From positions 1-64,000 of IMG/VR virus record IMGVR_UViG_3300022921_000002: 64,000 nucleotides of DNA; one strand, given 5' to 3'. Positions 17,192-27,400 of this stretch are shown here, one piece after another. The position numbers were made by a program, and so were the translations under genes. The stretch's first letter is position 1; each line of letters begins with the position of its first letter. Under the pieces are notes generated by a model. The model ran no database searches. It was given only the letters and a program-made list of their open reading frames with translations, and was not told the origin of the DNA.

Positions 17192-19610
17192 CGTCAATCA
17201 GTGTTGCCACTATTTTGTATGTTGTACTATTACTACTTGCTGGTGTTCCAACAATTTTAACGTCACCGCTACTTAAACTTACATCATATTCTGCAAGTTC
17301 AGAACTTGTTGTAATGGTAGCAAACTCTGTTGCGTGTGCGGTTGTTCCGTTATGTGTTACCAATATTTTTGTCGTATGTCTTTCAGCACCATCTTTTGCG
17401 GTAATAACAATTTCAGCACTGCCGTAAGTTGAGGCATCAAATGTATAGATATCCTGCGGGAAAATGGTTGATGTTGTAACTTCGGTAGAAACAGATCTTG
17501 ACTCATCTTGAATAATATCATCATTGACAGTCAAGGAGCCAGACATCGTATCGCCGGTTACATTAACGTATCTTAAATCACCTTGTGCTTCTGTGATAAA
17601 ATTTCTTGTTTCTTTTGTTGCTGTCTGTACGTGACCATGGGTGTCAAACGTAATACCTGTTAAGAATTCAAGTGTACCAAATGTCTCATCGGCAACAGAA
17701 GAAGTATCGCCGTGGTCAATTGTAACATTGGCGGTTAAGGCACCACCACCCGTCAGTGCAGTACCTGCAATTACTTGTACTGTATTATCAACCTTATCGT
17801 CTAATAAATTATCTACTTCTGTTTCTGTATAATAACGGCCATCTAAATCAGTAGATGTTGTTGTTTGAACGTGACCATATGTGTCAAATGTAACACCAGT
17901 AAGTACGTTACCATCTGCTAATGAAACATCAACCACGCTAGATGTATCGGAGTGGTCCAAAGTTATAATAATATCGGTAGAATCATTTAAATTAAATGTG
18001 CCTGATCCGTCGATTGCGTTACCACCATTTACTTGAACTTCACCATTACCAATTTGACCTGCCGCAGAGTTAGCAGCTTGTGCTAAAATATCAGATGCGT
18101 GTAGACCATCAAGCCTATCGGCATCAAGGTTTGATCCTGTTCCATCGTTTGACGTATCATAAAATCCAAGAGCACGAATATCAGCAGCGGTTTGGTCGGC
18201 AGTTGCACCGTCCTCAATTAAATCAAGTTTAGCACCGTCAACCGAAACGTCACGGCCATCAACAGTACCTGTAATAATTATATTTCCATTAACTGTGATT
18301 TCATCAAACTCGTCAACGGTAACATAATAACTACTGCCATCACCAGTTTCTAACACCAATGTGCTATTAGCGGAAACCCAACTAAAGTCATCAACACCAG
18401 CAACGGCGGTTGTTGAAGCAGCAGTAATACGACCATCTTCATCAACGGTTATAACAGGAATAGCGGATGCAGTACCATATTGCCCAGGAGTTACACCAGT
18501 ATTTGCTAATTCAGTTACAAAAGAAATAGTACCAGAATTGTTTGTACCTGTACCTTCAATATCACCTGTGAGTGTAACTGTTAATCCATCAAGCTCTGCA
18601 CCGTCTGCTGAAACATCCCGGCCATCAACAGTACCGTTACCTACCATTGTGATTTCATCAAACTCACTAATTTCTGTTGAATAAACAGAACCGTCGGATG
18701 TAGCAATATTAAATGTTGAGTTAGCGCTTGTCCAAGATGTTGCCGAAACACCAGCAACAGCAGCAGTTGTAGCGGCAGTAATACGACCGTCTTCGTCAAC
18801 TGTAATGACAGGCACCAATGAAGATGAACCGTAAGATCCTGAAGTTACACCGGTGTTTGCTAATTCGGTTACAATGTCAAGGATTGATGTATTAGATGTG
18901 GCAGTACCTTCAATATCACCAGTTAAGTTAACAGTAATATCAGTTTCTAATGTATCTAATCTTGCACCGTCTGCAGCTATGTCGCGGCCGTCTACAAGAC
19001 CTGTAACAGCAATGTCGCCGTTAACTGTAATGCCTGTAAACTCATTTATAACCGCGTCATAGTTGGTTCCATCGGATGTAGCAATCCTTAGAGTGTTGTT
19101 TGCAACGGTCCATGTGAAGTCATCAACACCACCAACAGAAGTTTCAGATGCCGCTGTAATTCTTCCGTCTTCATCAACTGTAATAACTGGTATTTGTGAG
19201 GATGAACCATATTGTGCAGGGGTAACACCGGTATTTGCCAACTCGGTGATGAGTTCCATAACACCTGTATTTGAAAAGGCAGTACCTGTTACTTTACCTG
19301 ATAATGTTAAATCAAAGGTGGCAGGTGGTACGTTTGTAAAATTATTATAATCAAGATAATACGTACCTTCTTGACCATCAAGGAGATCAGCATCTAAACC
19401 TGATGTTGCACCGTCAACGGTTTTAATAAGTGTAAGTAAATCTGCGGCGTGTGGTGATAGTTCTTCTATAAAGCTAACACTTGAATTACCCGACTTAAAG
19501 TAAACTTTACCGTCCGCGGTGTTAATAGCGATTTCGCCGAATTCTAATTGTGCTGTATTCGGTACTCGACCGGGAATACTACTCCTGCGGAGCTTAATTG
19601 TTGTTGACAT
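17187..19610 (-). CDS. Tail fibre protein with an Mtd-N/hyaluronidase-like N-terminus and three internal repeats
   Basis: MSTTIKLRRSS...LEFGEIAINTADGKVYFK N-terminus; three copies of ELANTGVTxGxYGxSxxIPVITVDEDGRITAA; two LDADxLDG motifs. Confidence 0.75.
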   Translation of the reverse strand: MSTTIKLRRSSIPGRVPNTAQLEFGEIAINTADGKVYFKSGNSSVSFIEELSPHAADLLTLIKTVDGATSGLDADLLDGQEGTYYLDYNNFTNVPPATFDLTLSGKVTGTAFSNTGVMELITELANTGVTPAQYGSSSQIPVITVDEDGRITAASETSVGGVDDFTWTVANNTLRIATSDGTNYDAVINEFTGITVNGDIAVTGLVDGRDIAADGARLDTLETDITVNLTGDIEGTATSNTSILDIVTELANTGVTSGSYGSSSLVPVITVDEDGRITAATTAAVAGVSATSWTSANSTFNIATSDGSVYSTEISEFDEITMVGNGTVDGRDVSADGAELDGLTVTLTGDIEGTGTNNSGTISFVTELANTGVTPGQYGTASAIPVITVDEDGRITAASTTAVAGVDDFSWVSANSTLVLETGDGSSYYVTVDEFDEITVNGNIIITGTVDGRDVSVDGAKLDLIEDGATADQTAADIRALGFYDTSNDGTGSNLDADRLDGLHASDILAQAANSAAGQIGNGEVQVNGGNAIDGSGTFNLNDSTDIIITLDHSDTSSVVDVSLADGNVLTGVTFDTYGHVQTTTSTDLDGRYYTETEVDNLLDDKVDNTVQVIAGTALTGGGALTANVTIDHGDTSSVADETFGTLEFLTGITFDTHGHVQTATKETRNFITEAQGDLRYVNVTGDTMSGSLTVNDDIIQDESRSVSTEVTTSTIFPQDIYTFDASTYGSAEIVITAKDGAERHTTKILVTHNGTTAHATEFATITTSSELAEYDVSLSSGDVKIVGTPASSNSTTYKIVATLIDV

Positions 19611-19632
19611 ATCTATGCCTCTTTGTTATAAT
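19604..19632 (+). promoter_or_regulatory. Consensus sigma70 promoter with extended -10, antisense to the late genes
   Basis: TTGACA (19604-19609), 17-bp spacer ending in TGT, then TATAAT (19627-19632). Followed immediately by the palindrome AGGTATATACCT (19633-19644). Confidence 0.55.
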
Positions 19633-19672
19633 AGGTATATACCTTAAATGATAATCTATATGGTTTGTCTAA

Positions 19673-22600
19673 TTAAAATGATCCACCGTCAATCTCATTA
19701 ACAGCAATTGAAACAGTTCCCGAAGTGACAGTTGTATCTACACCATCAACACCATTGAACTGTAATGTTTCACCTAAAGTGATTGCTGTATTAGCATCGG
19801 TTTCATCAGAAACAGTAAATGTCGGGTTTGCCATTTTAGCATTAGTAACACCGCCATCTTTTAATTGTAACGTATCAGCAACAATCTCAATTCCGGTGTC
19901 ATCAACATTAACTGAGAAATCTGTTCCTGTTAATGTTAAACCTTCACCACCTGAATATGTGCCAGCACCAGAGAACTGATACCAGATCACATCACCAACA
20001 CCTAGAACAAATCCTTCAGCATCGGCAACTGTTGCTACATAACCTGTATTTTTATTTTGAGTACCATCAGTTACGAATTGAAATGCACCAGGAATTTCTG
20101 ATGTTTCATTAAAGTATTCACCACGAGTAAGTACCCATGCTGTTGTACCATCGCCGACAGTTGTTACTTCGTATGAACCGTTTTCAATTTCATCAGTCTG
20201 ATCTTTAACAAGTACTCTATCACCAACTGACCACTCTGTTACACCATCCAATTCAAATGCAGCAAGTGTACCGTTGTTTGTGAGTGTCCCATCAGTGTTA
20301 TTATATGTTGCACCTAAATCAGCAGTTGTTGCAGCAAGCGCCGACGGAATAACTCTTAAACCTTGAGCAACACTATCAACATAAACCTTTGTAGCTGCAT
20401 CCTGGTCATTTGTAGGATCAAGTAGGTTTAGTAATCTGTTGTTACTAAAATCAATTGTATTTGTTGATGAGTCAATTGAGTTATTATCAAATGTAAGATC
20501 GGCAACATCTAATTGAGTTTCAATATTAACTTGTTTTAAATTTGAATCTGTGCCACCTGGGTGTAAGAAATATGATGTGGATTCAGTATCAACAAATCTT
20601 TCGGCAATTACATCACCGCTTTCCACATAGAAATCTGATGTATCTTTACGGCCATAGAACACATAGTTAAATGCATTATTGAGCTGACCGATTTTTGTAC
20701 CATCAGAATAAAGTGTTGCGGTTCCTGTAGAACCTTCCATTTTAATTTGAGCAGCGTTTTGTAAATAACCAACACGGATTGAGTTTAATTGAGATTCAGA
20801 TGCAAAATCACCATAGAACCTAACATCAGAACTATCACGGAACCGAGGTGCATCAAGGTTACCGGTCATTGTATCACCAGTTACGTTGATATATCTTGCA
20901 TCAATTGTACCGACATTAAGTGCAACATTTTGGGCATATCCTGGTGCAGGTGTGCCTGTTGTTGTGATACCAAATCCTGCCGTAACAGAACCGACATAAT
21001 TAGCGGTAATCTCAACATTCATTTTATCGGTTGGGTCATCATATACAATAGAAACTCCGTCTTCGGTATTGTTTCTAAACATTTCACCAATAAGATCGTG
21101 TACCGTTTCTGTAAAGTCAGGAATAGCGTTTGCTTGAAGCTCAACGGGAATTTCTGTAGCAAATGTAACTTGACCTTGTTCGTTAAGAACAACACGAGCA
21201 GTAAAACCATCGTTACCATATGAACCTGGTGTAACACCTGTATCCTGAATACCGATACTAATTGCATTATTACCAGCATCTTCATCAAAGGCAATAAGAC
21301 CATTACCAAGTGTAAGTGTTGGGTTTTGAATGAGGTTAACTGAGTTAAATGTGTTTGCTTCATCAATAACTGTTAACTGTGAAGTAAATGCACTGGCAAG
21401 ATAACCTAATGGCACAGCATCAGTATTTGCTACAGGTGTACCAACGTTTGTAATAACATGGCCGCTTACATCAATTTGATCTGAAGCTGTATTTGCGCCA
21501 AGTACAAGATCACCGTTTGCGGATATAATACTATTTTCATCTAAAATAACATCATCAACCACCATTTTTCCATTGACAGAAAATAATCCTGTGTTATAAT
21601 CAATTATAACTTTTGATAATCCACTACCAAATTTAAATGATCCATCAGAATCAATCTGCATGGCAATCTGATTATTTGCAAAGAAATCTAATTGGTTATT
21701 ATCAGCACCTGGTGAAGACTCGGCACGTATAAAGGTATTTTGGTCAACATCAATAACACCACCAAGGCCTGTCCATGCTGTGCCATTGTATGCTTCAAAT
21801 CTAGCATCCTGTGTGTTATAACGGATCATACCTTGTTCGGCTGTAGGTCTTTCCGACACATTCCCAACTGGAATTATGAAACCACCTGTAGAATTAACTT
21901 TTACAACATCAGCGGTAAGTTTAATAAAGTCAGCAGCATTTCTTATTTCAGCAACATATGCCGCTAACCAATCTTTAGTTGCAGATCCCAATGTATAAGT
22001 ATCAGTTACATCAGGGATTAAGTTACTTTCAAAATCAGCACTAACTGTAATTGCGTCTGTATCGGCATCACCGATTTGAATATTACCACCAATAGTTACA
22101 TTACCTGTTACACCAAGGTTACCGCTGATTTGCGTATCACCTGTTAAGTAATCAATTGTAAACTTATTTAATCCATCACCAAATTTAAACAAACCAACTT
22201 CAGATAGTTGTAATCTTTCGGTACCTGCTGTAAAGAATTGTATTTGGTCATTATCGGCACCGCTTGATGATTCGGCAACAATTTTTGTATCTCGGTCAAG
22301 GTCAATAACTGAACCTGCAATTGAACTCCATGAACCTGTATTATCAAATCCTTCAAACCTTTGGTCATCTGTATTATAACGGATCATCCCAGTTTGAGGT
22401 GAAGGTCTTTCGAGTGTTGTACCTTTCGGGAATTGAATTGCGCCAGTCAGATTAAACTCTGCAACTTCACTATGACCTAATTGAATATTATCGTTAATGG
22501 TAATAGAGCTATTTGCTTCAATACTACCATTCGTATTAATAATAAGTTGCTGTGTTCCACCAACAAAGAATTTTAATTCATCGTTGTCGGCATTCGGTGT

Positions 22601-24040
22601 TGTTTCCGCCTGAACAAATGTATCTTGGTCGGTGTCAATTGTACCGCCTAAACCTGCCCAAGCTATACCATTATAACCTTCAAACCTTGTCTGATCGGTG
22701 TTGAAACGTACCATACCTGCAGCAGGCTGTGTTCTTTCTGCCTGTGTTCCAACAGGTAATACCAAACCACCATTCCCAACAATTGTTAGAACATTATCAG
22801 GTGTATTAATGGTATCAAGAATTTGCTGTTCGTTTACACTAAACTCAGTTCCTGTTAATGTTAAACCTTCACCAGCAGTGAATGTGCCAACACCTTGGAA
22901 TTGAACCCAATTAATTGAATGAACGTCAATCTCAAAAGTTTCGGCATCAGCAACAGTTGCAACAAAACCTTTATTCTTGTTTACAATACCATCGGTTACA
23001 AACTCAAAAGTACCTGGTATTTCAACACTTTCATTATTGAAATCCGATCTTGCAAAAATCCATTCCAAATTAGCAGTTGGATCACCAACCTGTATAAGGT
23101 CATAAGAACCGTTTTCAACAGGGTTTGCCTGATCTTTAACAAGAAGTTGTGATCCTACAGTCCAATTTGAAACACCATCAATTTCAATTGTAAAGGCTTC
23201 AGGTAATGTGATTGTGGTATCTATCGACGAGTTACCAGCTTCAAATACAGCACCTGGGAATGTAATACTAATATCTTCGGTTGTTGCTGCAAGTGATGAT
23301 GGGCGAACCGAAATACCTTGGGCAACATTATCAACGTATCTTTTATTTGTTGCGTCAGTTGGTTTAACGGGATCTGAGATAATCAAAAGACTTAATTCAA
23401 GTGCTTCGAGTGTATCACCAAGATAGTTATTTGTAACAACGTCATACGGATCAATAGGATCACGGACATTAACAATTCTATGGTTTGTCATATCAATGAC
23501 GTTATCAACAGGTGGCGTTAAGGTAATATTACCTGTTCCTGAAATCCCAGAACCTGTAATTGTTAGGTCGCCAACCTGTATAAGGTTTAGCCCTAAGAAT
23601 TGGTCAGTTGTTCCACCTAATGTAATTGCAGTATTACCAAACGTAATATCGTTTGAACTGATTATATTATTAGCTGCTGTAAAGTTTGTAGGATTTAATT
23701 CTGTGTTTGTTAAATCAGTCAAATGCCCAAATTGGTCAAGTGAAATATTTTTAACAAAACCTAATGGAGAGTTTGCGGTGTTTGCTTGGTCTGATGTATT
23801 AACGTGGGTAATAGTTACATTAGCGGACTCGCCGCCATCACCGCCAAGTGTTTGAACCGTAATGCCGTCGCCTGCAAAAATCTCTCTTGTATATGGACCA
23901 ATCGTATCAACACCAAGTACAACAGAATCAGGTACAATAACCGGTTTCTTTTCACCTTGGGCAATAATTGGTCTTAATGTGTCTTGCTTCGGTACCGAAC
24001 GGATTGAACGTGAACCGCCGACTTTTACTTTAATGGCCAC
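19673..24040 (-). CDS. Large repetitive virion structural / tail fibre protein (1455 aa)
   Basis: Two copies of DA(A/T)xKxYVDxVAQG...VKDQ...ENGSY...FVTDG...QFxGxGT. Three copies of PxGxxxERP..GMIRYNT..FEGY..W...IDxDxDT...DNDxxxFF. Confidence 0.75.
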   Translation of the reverse strand: MAIKVKVGGSRSIRSVPKQDTLRPIIAQGEKKPVIVPDSVVLGVDTIGPYTREIFAGDGITVQTLGGDGGESANVTITHVNTSDQANTANSPLGFVKNISLDQFGHLTDLTNTELNPTNFTAANNIISSNDITFGNTAITLGGTTDQFLGLNLIQVGDLTITGSGISGTGNITLTPPVDNVIDMTNHRIVNVRDPIDPYDVVTNNYLGDTLEALELSLLIISDPVKPTDATNKRYVDNVAQGISVRPSSLAATTEDISITFPGAVFEAGNSSIDTTITLPEAFTIEIDGVSNWTVGSQLLVKDQANPVENGSYDLIQVGDPTANLEWIFARSDFNNESVEIPGTFEFVTDGIVNKNKGFVATVADAETFEIDVHSINWVQFQGVGTFTAGEGLTLTGTEFSVNEQQILDTINTPDNVLTIVGNGGLVLPVGTQAERTQPAAGMVRFNTDQTRFEGYNGIAWAGLGGTIDTDQDTFVQAETTPNADNDELKFFVGGTQQLIINTNGSIEANSSITINDNIQLGHSEVAEFNLTGAIQFPKGTTLERPSPQTGMIRYNTDDQRFEGFDNTGSWSSIAGSVIDLDRDTKIVAESSSGADNDQIQFFTAGTERLQLSEVGLFKFGDGLNKFTIDYLTGDTQISGNLGVTGNVTIGGNIQIGDADTDAITVSADFESNLIPDVTDTYTLGSATKDWLAAYVAEIRNAADFIKLTADVVKVNSTGGFIIPVGNVSERPTAEQGMIRYNTQDARFEAYNGTAWTGLGGVIDVDQNTFIRAESSPGADNNQLDFFANNQIAMQIDSDGSFKFGSGLSKVIIDYNTGLFSVNGKMVVDDVILDENSIISANGDLVLGANTASDQIDVSGHVITNVGTPVANTDAVPLGYLASAFTSQLTVIDEANTFNSVNLIQNPTLTLGNGLIAFDEDAGNNAISIGIQDTGVTPGSYGNDGFTARVVLNEQGQVTFATEIPVELQANAIPDFTETVHDLIGEMFRNNTEDGVSIVYDDPTDKMNVEITANYVGSVTAGFGITTTGTPAPGYAQNVALNVGTIDARYINVTGDTMTGNLDAPRFRDSSDVRFYGDFASESQLNSIRVGYLQNAAQIKMEGSTGTATLYSDGTKIGQLNNAFNYVFYGRKDTSDFYVESGDVIAERFVDTESTSYFLHPGGTDSNLKQVNIETQLDVADLTFDNNSIDSSTNTIDFSNNRLLNLLDPTNDQDAATKVYVDSVAQGLRVIPSALAATTADLGATYNNTDGTLTNNGTLAAFELDGVTEWSVGDRVLVKDQTDEIENGSYEVTTVGDGTTAWVLTRGEYFNETSEIPGAFQFVTDGTQNKNTGYVATVADAEGFVLGVGDVIWYQFSGAGTYSGGEGLTLTGTDFSVNVDDTGIEIVADTLQLKDGGVTNAKMANPTFTVSDETDANTAITLGETLQFNGVDGVDTTVTSGTVSIAVNEIDGGSF

Positions 24041-24043
24041 GTG

Positions 24044-24370
24044 TTAAACCTCCGTGATTGTTGAGACGACAAATGCCAGTCCTTCAACAATTTTAGACAT
24101 CTCCCCGGTAGTCTTTTTCATTAAAACATCGTATTGGTATTTACCAGGCTTCAAAGTGCGGGTAACATCATCTGTTAAGACAAGTGTAATATCGTTATTA
24201 GCTTTTTCAATATCAAAATCCGCGACTGTTAAAGTCGAGTACATTTTCTTCATACTTGAATAAAAATCATAAGTCGCTATGCCAAGCTCAGCATTTTCAT
24301 CATCATAAAGATCAAAACTAATACGAAAGTCTGAACCTTGGTCAATGTATATGTTTGCTCTTGATGCCAT
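24044..24370 (-). CDS. Small conserved-type virion protein (Ig-like)
   Basis: ANIYIDQGSDFRISF...ITLVLT...TRTLKPGKYQYDVL...KIVEGLAFV pattern seen in T4-like structural regions; downstream of a TATAAATA box. Confidence 0.65.
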   Translation of the reverse strand: MASRANIYIDQGSDFRISFDLYDDENAELGIATYDFYSSMKKMYSTLTVADFDIEKANNDITLVLTDDVTRTLKPGKYQYDVLMKKTTGEMSKIVEGLAFVVSTITEV

Positions 24371-24400
24371 ATCTCAATTCTCTTTTTATGCTATTTACTT

Positions 24401-24408
24401 TATTTATA
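24401..24408 (-). promoter_or_regulatory. T4-type late promoter TATAAATA
   Basis: Exact TATAAATA in an intergenic gap, just downstream of a terminator and 31 nt upstream of the 108-aa gene. Confidence 0.78.
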
Positions 24409-24426
24409 ATATTCTCATCCATATTT

Positions 24427-24455
24427 AAAAAAAGGGAGCACAAAGCCCCCTCTTT
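24427..24455 (-). terminator. Rho-independent terminator after the collagen-like gene
   Basis: Minus strand reads GGGGGC-TTTGT-GCTCCC-TTTTTTT: a 6-bp stem with one G:U pair, followed by a 7-T run. Confidence 0.8.
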
Positions 24456-24477
24456 AACTTGTGCTATGGGAATATCA

Positions 24478-27400
24478 TTATTGATTTAAATTATCAACTT
24501 CCTCTTTGAGATCTTTAATTGCTTCGATAAGTAATCCGACAATGTTACCGTAAGCAACGGCTTTCATTCCATCATCAGTTGTGTTAATAACTTCTGGCAA
24601 TATTTCTTCAACCTCTTGAGCAATAACACCTAGTTTTACGTTACCTAATTCAGCTTTTCTCTCATATGTAACACCACGCATACTTAACACTTTATTAAGC
24701 GCATCGGTAATAGTTTCAATATTAGTTTTTGTTCTTACATCAGATTGTGCGTTAATATCACCTGTTGATGTGAAGTTACCAGTTCCCATATCAAACGTAA
24801 ATCTCAATGTACCGTTATCTCTTATAGTATAATCAATACCGGTATCCATGTTTAATTGAACCTCGGCATCCGCAGATGCATATAAAAGTGCACCGCCAAT
24901 TGAGCTACCAAATGCAAGTTGAAGGTCATTTTGGAACCTTAATTCACCGCCTGTTTTTACATCGGACACCGAAGCTTCGAGGAAGTCACCTGATCCACCG
25001 TTAAGTGTACCTGTTACAACCAAGTTACCGTCAACATTCAAATTCTCAACAGTTAATTCGTCATCAGTACCTGTATAGAAGAAGTTTGATTCACCACCTG
25101 GGTTAGGTGATAGGGTTGCATATAATGGTTGTGCTCCACCACCTGCTTGTGTCATAGTAAGGAATAGTGGTGAACCTTGTAATGCTGTTCCATATAGATC
25201 GTTTGTTTCAATTGCTTGGGCATCTGCATCACCTTGAATACCTTGCATACCCTGAATACCATCTGCACCAATGATACCTTGTGGACCTTGCGGGCCTTGG
25301 TTACCTTGAATACCATCTTGCCCAACACCTTGAATACCTTGTGGACCCGCCCCACCTTGGAAACCTTGAACGCCTTGAACACCTTGGGTACCTGCACCTG
25401 TGAAGCCTTGTAGGCCATCATCACCAGGAGGACCTTGAACACCTTGTGGACCCTGAGTACCGCCACCACCGCTAAGACCTTGTGGACCTTGTGTGGACTG
25501 AATACCTTGCACACCTTGAATACCTTGAGAACCGCCTCCGCCGCCCTCACCTTGAACACCCGGTCCACCTTGAATACCTTGAATACCTTGGTTGCCTTCA
25601 CCACCAGGACCTTGAATACCATCGTCACCGATAGTACCTTGAGTACCTTGAAGACCGCCTTGACCTTCTTCACCCGAGGTCCCCTGAAGACCTTGAACAC
25701 CTTGAGGACCTTGTGTACCATCAGCACCTTGTCCATCTACACCTTGAACACCTTGTGTACCTTGGATACCAAATCCTTGAATACCCTGCGTACCTTGGAT
25801 ACCTTGCGCTCCATCATTACCTAATGAACCTTGAGCACCGATACCTTGTGGTCCTTGCGTACCCTGAATACCTGTTCCTGTTTCACCTTGAGCACCAGTA
25901 AATCCTTGTGTACCTTGAATACCTTGAGCACCAAATCCTGCGGGACCTACCTCACCTTGAACACCTTGGTCACCTTGTAAGCCTTGGGCGCCTTGTGTAC
26001 CTTGCGAACCTGCTGAACCAACACCGCCTGCACCTTGGAAACCTTGGAAACCAAGATCACCTTGGAAACCTTGTGTGCCCTGTAAACCTTGAACACCCTG
26101 GAAACCGTCACCACCTGTAGCACCGTCTTGGCCTGTAGTACCTTGCGGACCTTGTGGGCCTTGAATACCTTGGTTGCCATCACCTGCAGTACCTTGAGCG
26201 CCTTCTTCACCAGCATCACCTTGTAGGCCTTGAGGTCCTTGCGTACCTTGTAGACCTACGCCGCCTTCATCACCTTGAACACCTTGAGTTCCTTGTGGGC
26301 CTTGAATACCTTGTAAACCTGTGTCACCTTTATCACCTGTTCTTGCAAACGTAATTCTAACATCAGAATTATTTCCAAATGATGTAACGGAACCTGTTAA
26401 GAAAGTACAGTCATATTCAAAAAAGCCTGATCTTTCAATAACATCATTGATTCTAAATGCAACATAGTTACTTGTTGTTGTACCATCAATAACCCTAAAG
26501 AAACCTTTTATAGTACTTGTTGGTTCATCTGTTGTTCTTAAGAATGCTTGAACATCGGTAAACGAGTCATCTCGGTCGTCAATACGCATTTCAGTTGCAG
26601 AAGCAATGTTTGCCGCATTGAATTTAAGTAAACCAACACCTGGATCTGAAGTATCCGTTGCGGTACTAAATGTATAATCAAGAGTCATACCACCAAATTC
26701 ACCGGCAGGACCTAAGTCACCTTGAATACCTGTTGTACCTTGGATAGATTGTGGACCTTGTGTACCTTGGTTACCTAAATCACCTTGAGTACCTTGCCAA
26801 CCTTGTGTACCTTGCCAGCCTTGAGTACCTTGTGGACCTTGAACTCCTTGTAATCCTTGCGGACCTTGGACACCTTGGTCACCTTGTAATCCTTGAGTAC
26901 CTTGCGGACCAACTTCAGATGTAAAGATATTCCCAACCATTCCTGAGTGAATAGAACATTGATAAACTAAAGTAGCGGGAGCATTAAACGGCACCCTGAA
27001 TATCAATCTACCAGTTTCATCATTACCGACAATTGTTATGCCGTTAGTGTAATCTGAACCACCTGCACTTGTTCTAATTTTAAATGGGTGACCTGATACA
27101 TTCAAATCAAATGTATAAGTAAATCCTCTCAACAGATGTAGGTTAGGCTGTGTTACACCGTCTATTTCATATGAAGTAGAACCTGTGTTTGTTACAACAA
27201 ATTCTCTGCCGCCTTCCATACCTTGAACACCTTGGTAACCTTGGAAACCTTGTGTTCCTTGATCTCCCTGGAAACCCTGAGTACCTTGTGCTCCTTGGAA
27301 GCCTTGAGTACCTTGTGAGCCTTCATCACCTTGAATACCAGTAAATCCTTGGAAACCCTGAGTACCTTGCCAACCTTGTGTTCCTTGGAAACCCTGAGTA

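Noticed and set aside
8210-19610. Possible diversity-generating retroelement (Mtd-like N-terminus, near-identical repeats in fibre genes)
   Set aside because: There is no reverse transcriptase in the window. The repeats are in-frame and tandem, and the differences are mostly synonymous and not restricted to adenines.
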